A program made the translations under genes and the position numbers. Below the pieces are notes generated by a model. The model made no database searches. It was not told the origin of the DNA and saw nothing but the letters and a program-made list of their open reading frames with translations. Shown one piece after another: positions 1 to 14,313 of a DNA stretch of 64,000 bases. The DNA lies in assembly GCA_002269645.1 (NCBI GenBank), contig NIVC01003772.1:62001-126000 (forward strand), in the 5' to 3' direction. Within the stretch, counting starts at the first letter, position 1. Each line of letters begins with the position of its first letter. Source of the stretch: Macrostomum lignano (taxonomy: Eukaryota).

Positions 1-1
1 C

Positions 2-673
2 ACTGGAGCTGACTGTGTTCGCCCTGAGTTCACTAAGATTGTGTGGGGCACGTGTGATCCGATGTCCTGTAGTTACCTGTGTAACAAGACTCCCAAATGC
101 CAGGCCTTCACGCTGCCCTCTGGCGACTGTGTCTGCAAGCTGTTCCTGTTCGACAAATGCAGTCACCGAGTACAGTCAGTGCCTAACTGTGCTCACCTGG
201 TGACCATGTACGTGAGATCAATGGCCGGAGTAGCGGCGGGTCGCTTGTGTCCTCCTGGATACGAGTTCGCTCAATACGGCACGGCCTACAAGGTGTCGGT
301 CTCGACCGCGGCCAACTGGGCCGACGCCAATGAGAAATGCGGCGAGGAGGCCGGCCTGTCGAAGTTCGCGGACGCTCTGGACACCGAAGAGTCTCGCCAC
401 CTCATGTGGATCAAGAACGTGTCGAACGTTCCGATTGAGAGCTTGTTCCTGGGAGGCTACCAGATGCCAGGTTTGGGTAGCATGACTGAAGGCTGGATCT
501 GGGGCGCGTGCAACGAGAGCATCCAAGCCGACGTGTGGGAGCCGGGCAGACCGAACTTTGGCTTGCCCAGACAAGGATGCGCCAACGCTGGTAGCAATCA
601 AATGATCGGAATTGATGACGGCGACTGCAGTCATGTATTAAAATACATCTGCGAGTGTCAACTTGTGTTCTAA
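2..673 (+). CDS. C-type lectin domain protein with N-terminal PAN/apple-like Cys-rich module (5'-partial)
   Basis: The frame is open from position 2 (TGADCVRPEFTKIVWGTCD...) to TAA at 671-673. CTLD pattern W-A-C...FLGG...W-W...W-PG-PN...C...DD-C-L-YICE, preceded by CSYLC-x5-C-AF...C-C-L (PAN/apple-like). AATAAA at 674-679. Confidence 0.8.
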   Translation, partial: TGADCVRPEFTKIVWGTCDPMSCSYLCNKTPKCQAFTLPSGDCVCKLFLFDKCSHRVQSVPNCAHLVTMYVRSMAGVAAGRLCPPGYEFAQYGTAYKVSVSTAANWADANEKCGEEAGLSKFADALDTEESRHLMWIKNVSNVPIESLFLGGYQMPGLGSMTEGWIWGACNESIQADVWEPGRPNFGLPRQGCANAGSNQMIGIDDGDCSHVLKYICECQLVF

Positions 674-1057
674 AATAAATAATCGTTGTACGGTGTCGTT
701 GAATATTATTCGTAAAAGCGCGTAAAATTTTCAAAAGTAAAATTGTTCGGCGCGTCTGTTGAAGATGTTTGAATTGATTGAAAATATTAATAAGAGATTT
801 TTGCATCAGACTCTTGTTTAACTTTATACGTATGCTCTTTTATAATATTTCTCTGTAAAATATCGTACGGTAATCTTATTTTAAGGACTATATAAACGGA
901 AGCGTGAACTATGTTTGAGTGAGCTACCGCACTGAGTCCAGTGGTTTGCTTGCATTTTCTGTTTAATCCATATAATTCTTCGCCTATGTGACGGTGTTGA
1001 ATTCTTCTCTATATTTTTTGAATTTATTGTATTATCCTCTACTCGTGTCCAATCAAA

Positions 1058-1372
1058 TCTATATGTAGCTATTGGGGGTGCTTGCTATTGTATTCGGGTA
1101 CGTGATGCTTGCTATCTTGGGGATGCTTTCTATTTAGGGGGAATGCCTGTTTTCTGTGAAGGCTATATTTCGTTGTTGTCTTTTTGTTACTTTTAGAATA
1201 AATAGATTCATTGCAAACATCTTTGTCCGTGACAATTTTACTTGAATAAGGTGATTTATAAAACCGAAGAAATTGATTCTTAAGAAAATGTGCTTTTTGA
1301 TGGATTTGCATTAATAATTTAATTTTGCTCTTTGCTTTTTGGGCGCCCCGAATGGGGGCACTACATTGCTAG
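1058..1372 (+). mobile_element. Non-autonomous mini-Helitron (~315 bp)
   Basis: A|TC 5' end at 1057/1058, GC-rich hairpin GCCCCGAATGGGGGC, then ...TTGCTAG|T 3' end at 1372/1373, with no TSD. The interior resembles 8965-9200 (inverted) and contains decayed copies of the 18-bp ATAGCAAGCATCCCCCAG unit. Confidence 0.7.
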
Positions 1373-1511
1373 TCTAATCTATGCTTAAGTTACATTTAAG
1401 TTTATTGTAACGGTAACTCAAAGGTAAAAAACTGAACTATTTTTATGTGTATGTGCATGAATTGTCTTTTTGCGCTGTTTCTTTCGTTCGTGCATTGGCC
1501 TTGTCTTGTGA

Positions 1512-1555
1512 CCTTTGAAGGCGTCTCTTGCTGCAAAGACTCAGTTTATTACATG
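1512..1555 (+). ncRNA. Spliced-leader (SL)-like sequence: diverged SL RNA copy/pseudogene or retroposed leader
   Basis: CCTTTGAAGGCGTCTCTTGCTGCAAAGACTCAGTTTATTACATG is 44 nt and ends in ATG like flatworm SLs. It matches 29/33 over the 3' part of the Macrostomum lignano SL as recalled from the literature (needs verification). It is followed by CTAAG rather than a GT donor. Confidence 0.55.
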
Positions 1556-2514
1556 CTAAGCTAAAAGTTCTTTTTCGACATAGCATTGCATCCTAGTTTC
1601 AAGTACTTGAAAATTTAGAAATTTATTTTCATTTAGTACCGGAAATTCGTCGAAAACCTCGTCTTACTTCGTCGAACTATGAATAAAACAAACGAAGCGA
1701 CGCGTTCTGTTATTTTGTGAATATCTGGCAACTATTACGAAAGTATATAGAATAGGAACCTTTTATTTATTTAATTTTTTTAAATCCTCCTGTGCAAAAA
1801 ACATCAGTTTTAAATCCAAGAGACAGTTGTGCAGTCTTCACAGTTACATTTGACATTTAATTTCGATTGAATTTTAGCAAGGCTTGTGCTGCTAAAAGCC
1901 ATACAAAATAAGCACAAAAAGGAGAAGACAAATTATAATTTTTAAAGAAAAAACAGGTTACAAGTGACAACTGACAATTTAACAAGTAGTGACAACTTGA
2001 AAAGTGACAATAAGTACGCTCGTAGAAATCTGCTGAATTTTGTGAATTAGCAATCAATTATTTCTGCTTTCTCAAGAATCAATATAAAGACTCTGTTCGC
2101 AAGAGCAGAAGCCACTTATAGAGTTTTTTAAATGACAAGAAGAAGTACACTTGCTGATGAACGAGCTACATTTGTTTTGTCTATAACCCCAAGACAAACA
2201 AGAAACGCTTGAAAAATTCTCATATGTCACTTGGACTCCTGAATATCTTGGCTTCAAGTATCTTCAATTCAGGGTCAGTCCTAACAATTAGAGTGAGATA
2301 GATTTTTCAAAATATCACCATCCATAAAACTAAATCAAGCTCCATTATTTAAAACTTACTTCGACAATGGTGCATTGTCCATATTTATGTCCGTCTAATT
2401 GAAGATACTTAGACACTTATCTATTTGTTTTAAATTGAATAACAAGCAGAACGACAGTTTGAGAAAAGCGTGGAACAAAATAACAAATTGTAAAGTAATT
2501 AAAGACACTGCCGG

Positions 2515-7728
<5,214 letters not shown>

Positions 7729-7929
7729 GTTGCTGCATGCATAAGAAAAAATTGAGGGCCTAGATTAGACCATAAAAATATTTTTGTCTTAAAATAGTAA
7801 TGAAACAGTTAAACAGAATTTAGGAACATATAAATGCATATAAACAAAGTATTAGACTAAATATTAGCTAGATCAGCCAAAATAGTGAAAATTAGGAAAT
7901 ATGTGGGCAATAAACACAACCTGCTAGAT

Positions 7930-8226
7930 CATACATGCGCAACCTCCAAAATTCGGTCGGCCATGCGACTTAGTTTTAACAAAAATGCGACATAGTTTTT
8001 GGCCAAAAATGTGACTTACATGTAAAAAACCCTAAAGCAAAATTAACGCAACTTTGGGTAAACGGCAGGAGTAACTATGACTGTTTTATTAGGTCAAAAT
8101 GCCTCGTCAGCTACTTAGTACTACTACTTTAGTATCTATTTGGGTGGGCATTTTTGCGACCTCCTTGGTTGGCCGTCAAATCGGTCGGCCGGATCGGCCG
8201 ACTCGGCCGACTGTTGCGCATGTATG
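7930..8226. mobile_element. MITE (297 bp), 14-bp TIR, 8-bp TSD (hAT- or P-superfamily type)
   Basis: TIR CATACATGCGCAAC (7930-7943) / GTTGCGCATGTATG (8213-8226). TSD TGCTAGAT at 7922-7929 and 8227-8234. Subterminal GGTCGGCC motifs. Confidence 0.85.
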
Positions 8227-9111
8227 TGCTAGATATAAAAAAAATGTTTTAGCCAGTCATAATGGCTGAACAAAAACAGCCTATAGTAAATTGTTCTGTA
8301 TACCAACAAATTAGAAAGGTATATATATTAAATTTCCAGTAAAACTTAGTACAAAAAAAGACTTATTATAAATTAATAACGTTGCCTTAAGTTTATAAAT
8401 TGAGACTTTAAACCACATGTTAAAATTAGCTGCCAGTTTTTACGATGCTATACGTAAATTCAAGTAAAATAAGTTCATGCTACAAATTGAGAACTCAAGG
8501 ACTTCTAGACTAACAGGACGTAAAATTCAAAGATCGTGCAATTTTTTGGAGGCCACGATTTCCTGGAAAAAATACACTGCGAAGATAGGAAAAAATCTGC
8601 TTTTTGTCACAAAATCTGTGATTGTATTTGATCTGGGGCAGTGAAGACTACCATTCTTTTAATTTAACATGCACAACATGTTACTCTATTATATTTTCAT
8701 ATAGCTGTGTAGTGAAGTTTTCATTTTCATATTGTTTTCACTTTATTTCATAAGCCCAAAGTTGCAAACTCACAAGTGGCATTAGCCAAATATAAAATTC
8801 AAGAAAAGAAAAGCTATTCAAATTTGTAATATAATAATATTTTTAGCCTTTAAAATAAAAATGACAAAAGGACTAATCAATTTTTTTTCTTATAGATACC
8901 TAGTAAAAATGGTTAGGGCCTATTTTTGTGATTAAGTCTATTCTTCTTAAATCTTAGTCTTAAACTAGCAATCTTCGCCCCCCGATGGGGGACATCTGGA
9001 TAGAATCTCTGTTCTCTACAAGTAACAAAAAGACAGCCAGAAAATCCTTCACAAAGACAACAGACAAACTGCTCAAATGAAGTGAATTGCAATAAGAAAT
9101 CTTCCCAAGAC

Positions 9112-9575
9112 CACAAGCATCCCCCAGATAGCAAGCATTCCCCAGATAGCAAGCATCCCTCAAATAGCAAGCATCCCCCAGATAGCAAGCATCCCCCAGA
9201 TAGCAAGCATCCCCAGATAGCAAGCATCCCCCAGATAGCAAACATCCCCCAGATAGCAAGCATCCCCCAGATAGCAAGCATTCCCCAGATAGCAAACATT
9301 CCCCAGATAGCAAGCATTCCCCAGATAGCAAGCATCCCTCAGATAGCAAGCATACCCCAAATAGCAAGCATCCCTCAGATAGCAAGCATCCCTCAGATAG
9401 CAAGCATCCCCCAGATAGCAAGCATCACTCAGATAGCAAGCATCCCTCAGATAGCAAGCATCCACCAGATAGCAAGCATCCCTCAGATAGCAAGCATCCC
9501 CCAAATTGCAAGCATCGCCCAGATAGCAAGCATCCCCCAGAAGGCAAGCATCCCCCAAATAGCAACCATCCACCA
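9112..9575. repeat. 18-bp minisatellite (ATAGCAAGCATCCCCCAG) inside the Helitron
   Basis: Tandem periodicity, ~25 copies. Confidence 0.95.
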
Positions 9576-9674
9576 GACAAAAAGTAGCTAGAGCGACAAT
9601 TTCCTTAGCTTTATAGTGGCTCCTTTAAATTGGCATGGCGCTTTATACCTTTACATTTGAAATTGTATATCTTG

Positions 9675-11740
9675 AATGTTTGACATGGTGGCTCTTTTAT
9701 GTTTGACATGGTGGCTCTTTATTGTTCGACATGGTGGCTTTTTTATGTTTGACATGGTGGCTCTTGTATGTTCGACATGGTGGCTCTTTTAATGGTCGAC
9801 ATGGTGGCTCTTTAATGTTCTTCATGTTGGCTCTTTTATGTTTGACATGCTGGCTTTTTTATGTTTGACATGGTGGCTCTTTTATGTTCGACATGGTGGC
9901 TCTTTTATGTTCTACATGGCTGCTCTTTTATGTTCGACATGGTGGCTCTTGTATGTTCGACATGGTCGCTCTTTTGGGTTTGAAATGGTGGCTCTTTAAT
10001 ATTTGACAAGGTGGCCCTTTAATGTTTAACATGGTGGCTCTTTAAATTTCGAAATGGTGGCTCCTTAATTTTCGAAATGGTGGCTGTTTTATGTTTGACA
10101 TGGTGGCTCTTTAATGTTCGACATGGTGGCTCTTTAATGTTCTTAATGGTGTCTGTTTTATGTTTGACATGGTGGCTCTTTATTGTTCGACATGGTGGCT
10201 CTTTAATTTTCGAAATGGTGGCTGTTTTATGTTTGACATGGTGGCTCTTTAATATTTGACAAGGTGGCCCTTTAATGTTTAACATGGTGGCTCTTTAATT
10301 TTCGAAATGGTGGCTCCTTAATTTTCGAAATGGTGGCTCTTTTATGTTTGACATGGTGGCTCTTTAATGTTTGACATGGTGGCTCTTTAATGTTCGACAT
10401 GGTGGCTCTTTAATGTTCTTAATGGTGTCTGTTTTATGTTCGACATGGTGGCTCTTTTATGTTCGACATGGTGGCTCTTTAATGTTCGACATGGTGGCTC
10501 ATTTAGGTTTGAAATGGTGGCTCTTTAATGTTTGACATTGTGGCTCTTTAATATTTGACAAGGTGGCTCTTTAATGTTCGACATGGTGGCTTCTTAATTT
10601 TCGAAATGGTGGCTCCTTAATTTTCGAAATGGTGGCTGCTTTATGTTTGACATGGTGGCTCTTTAATGTTTGACATGGTAACTCTTTTATGTTTGATATG
10701 GTGGCTCTTTTATGTTCGACATGGTGGCTCTTTAATGTTCGACATGGTGGCTCCTTTAGGTTTGAAATGGTGGCTCTTTAATGTTTGACATTGTGGCTCT
10801 TTTATGTTCGACATGGTGGCTCTTTTAGGTTTGACATGGTGACTCTTAAATGTTTGACATGGTGGCTCTTTAATGTTTCACATGGTGGCTCTTTAATATT
10901 TGACATAAAGTCACATATATGTTTGACATGGTGGCTCCTAAATGTTTGACATGGTGGCTCTTTAATGTTCGACATGGTGGCTCCTTAATTTTCGAAATGG
11001 TGGCTCCTTAATTTTCGAAATGGTGGCTGCTTTATGTTTGACATGGTGGCTCTTTAATGTTTGACATGGTAACTCTTTTATGTTTGATATGGTGGCTCTT
11101 TTATGTTCGACATGGTGGCTCTTTAATGTTCGACATGGTGGCTCCTTTAGGTTTGAAATGGTGGCTCTTTAATGTTTGACATTGTGGCTCTTTTATGTTC
11201 GACATGGTGGCTCTTTTAGGTTTGACATGGTGACTCTTAAATGTTTGACATGGTGGCTCTTTAATGTTTCACATGGTGGCTCTTTAATATTTGACATAAA
11301 GTCACATATATGTTTGACATGGTGGCTTCTAAATGTTTGACATGGTGGCTCTTTATGTTTGACATGGTGGCTCTTTTATGTTCGACATGGTGGATCTTTT
11401 TTGTTCTACATGGTAACTCTTTTATGTTTGATACGGTGGCTTTTGAATGTCTGACATGTTGGCTCTTTTATGTTTGACATGGTGGCTCTTAATTGTTTGA
11501 CATAGTGGCTCTTTAATGTTCAAAATGGTGGCTCTTTAATGTTCGAAATGGTGGCTCTTTAATGTTCGAAATGGTGGCTGTTTTATGTTTGACATGGTGG
11601 CTCTTTTATGTTTGACATGGTGGCTCTTTAATGTTCGACATGGTAGCTCTTTAATGTTCGACATGGTAGCTCTTTTATGTTTGACATGGTAACTCTTTTA
11701 TGTTCGATATGTTGGCTCTTCTATGTTTGACATTGCGCTT
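9675..11740. repeat. 23-bp minisatellite (AATGTTYGACATGGTGGCTCTTT), ~90 copies, inside the Helitron
   Basis: 23-bp period, with an internal 391-bp (17-unit) higher-order duplication. Confidence 0.95.
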
Positions 11741-14313
11741 CTTTGATGTTTAGCAGTTTTGTTGTGTTTTTAAGGTGTTTTAATAAAAAAATCTTTTTGC
11801 ACTACTATGATTCGAACCCAGGTCGCTACATTAGCATTCCAGTCTGTTCGCATCAGGGCTATCTCTTTTCAATTGGAGAACATGAATTGTGGCCCTTATA
11901 ATTCAATTCTTACAGCAAGTCAATTGGAGTAAAAAGTTATGACATAATCAATTTCTCAGTCAGCCAGTATCAGTCTCAATTTAAGTTAGCAATATGGTTA
12001 CGCAATTTAAATCAAGTCGTGTGTGCATTTCTTCGGTACTGTTTTCAACTTGTTGTGATGCAATCTTTATCACAATCGGAATTCAGTCAGTCAGTTTTTT
12101 CTCTAGCATTCTTACAATGCATTTCAGGTCGAAAGAGCTGCTTGACCTTTGCAAAAAAGCATGTTTTTCGAATATTTAATCCCTTTAAAATTGAGCAATT
12201 TCTTAGCCAAGATGCATGTACCGTCCCAGGAAAATTTCTGATCGAATAATGCAAGTTTGAAGAAAATCGGTTGAGCCATTTTTTCTGAAATCTATCGCAT
12301 ACCTACCTACCTACCTACCCACAGACAACTCATTTTTAGTATATAGGATATAGGCTTGGCTTAAAAACTGATAATACAGCTTTCTCAAGCCTAGGTAACC
12401 AACCATATGAAACTATGTATTGGTAATCTATATATAATAAAAAAATCATTGTCTAAATTTAATTACTTATTAGGCTAGATAGTGTACTGTAGTGATAGGT
12501 CTAGTTCTAGTAGGCCTAGGAATTAGTATAGTTACTAAACCTACAATAATAGCTTAAGACTAAGAGTACCTACATGCAATGTTTTTATACTTTATTTTAA
12601 AAAGAACAACACAAAAAGTTTGGCTAGGCCTAATGCCACTTGTAAGTTTGCAACTTTGGGCTTATGAAATAAAGTGAAAACAATATGAAAATGAAAACTT
12701 CACTACACAGCTATATAAAAATATAATAGAGTAACATGTTGTGCATGTTAAATTAAAAGAATGCTAGTCTTCACTGCCCCAGATCAAATACAATCACAGA
12801 TTTTGTGATGAAAAACAGATTTTTTCCTATCTTCGCAGTGTATTTTTTCCAGGAAATCGTGGCCTCCAAAAAATTGCACGATCTTTGAGTTTTACGTCCT
12901 GTTAGTCTAGAAGTCCTTGTGAGAACTATACGACTTTATAACTTTAAAGCTTAAAGTATTACTGGTCCAAAAGTAGCATTGCTACAAAAGTAAATGTAAT
13001 TGCATCAAAAATGTTCTAACAGATGACAAATTAAAAAGAAAAGAATGCTACCTTCAAAATATTTAAAAGTTAGTAAAAAGATAAGAATTATAAGTATTTT
13101 GACAAAATAAAGAGTCAAATCAAAAGTTTTTGCTTGTTAGTATGTACAAAATATATTTAGATATACGCTTTGTTTAAATATGAACTTTTTTCTAAAACTT
13201 GAAGTGCCTTTTTTTCGAAACACGCATCGCAACGACCGGTGATCAAAATTGGTGAATCGTTCTTTCGATGGTCACAAATTTTATAAAATAATGCGATAGT
13301 TAAATCCACACATGAAAATTGTTTCGTTTAGATTTTGGGAAGAATTTATTAAAATGTTAGAAGACCTGGAAAGTGGAAAGCATAGGGCCTAGTAGTTTGA
13401 AGCATTGAAGAATTGAATGAGATTTTATTTTTTGGCATAGGGCCTACACTTACTCAATTACTGTGACTTATTTTTTCCATACAAATAAATAGCCATCTGG
13501 AAAATCACTCTGAAAAAAGATTAAGAGCTAAGAAAGCTTGTTTTAATGTAATTTAATTCTCTTATTTTATAATTTCCAACAACTTTTTGTTCAAGCTTAT
13601 GATAGGCCTAGCCTAGCTCATGCACATATGCTTTGTCTACTGGTCTACAGACTCTCAGTACAGGTACTAAGAATTATGGCCTACTGAACAGTGCAGATTG
13701 AGATATTGAGATATTAGGTATATTATATAATAGGCCTACTAAGTCCTAAAACTGTGATCTAACTGTTCTATTAGTTAGCCATAATGCCCATAAGCCATAA
13801 GGTTTGACTAGGCGTAAAAAGTATTTTTTTTTCATTTGAATATTGGGTGCTAGTGAATCTAGTAGCCAGTTAAATGTAGAATCTGTAGCAGAATTGGAAT
13901 GGAATAGGCCTAGCAGGGTAAAATGTATAAATTTGTAGGGCCTAATAGAATGGTAAATTGCAAAATCAATTGTAGATTGTTGAATGTAATCTAGGCCTAA
14001 TCTCTAATGGGAGACAAGGAAATGCTTTAAACCTTGGTGGTGCTTCAACATGCCTTTTATTTTTATTGTTTATATGAATGCAAAGTATATTTTAGTTAAT
14101 AACATTTGTAATTGCAAAGGTTGCTTATTCACTAAAAAGGTAATCAACCAATGCACATTTCAGCTATTCTCTGTGTTTAGCATTACTTGCATCAATAAAC
14201 AAAATGACTAAAGTCCTTACTAGACTGCTGTAGTGTAAATCCATATGCCAATGCAGGTAGTATATTTAGTTTCATAATTGCATGATAACAGAATCTCAAT
14301 AATCAGTGCAAAG

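Larger units (their letters stand above)
8965..12348 (-). mobile_element. Non-autonomous Helitron (~3.4 kb, possibly composite) nested in the long-TIR element
   Basis: On the minus strand: A|TCCTATATA 5' end (12348), (ACCT)n near that end, 3' hairpin CCCCCATCGGGGGG followed by TTGCTAG|T (8965). Inserted between A and T without TSD. Confidence 0.7.
8496..12919. mobile_element. Non-autonomous long-TIR DNA transposon (foldback-like; hAT/P type), ~290-bp TIRs, 8-bp TSD
   Basis: Arms ~8496-8790 and ~12618-12919 are near-identical reverse complements starting CAAGG. TSD TGAGAACT at 8488-8495 and 12920-12927. No transposase ORF. Confidence 0.9.
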
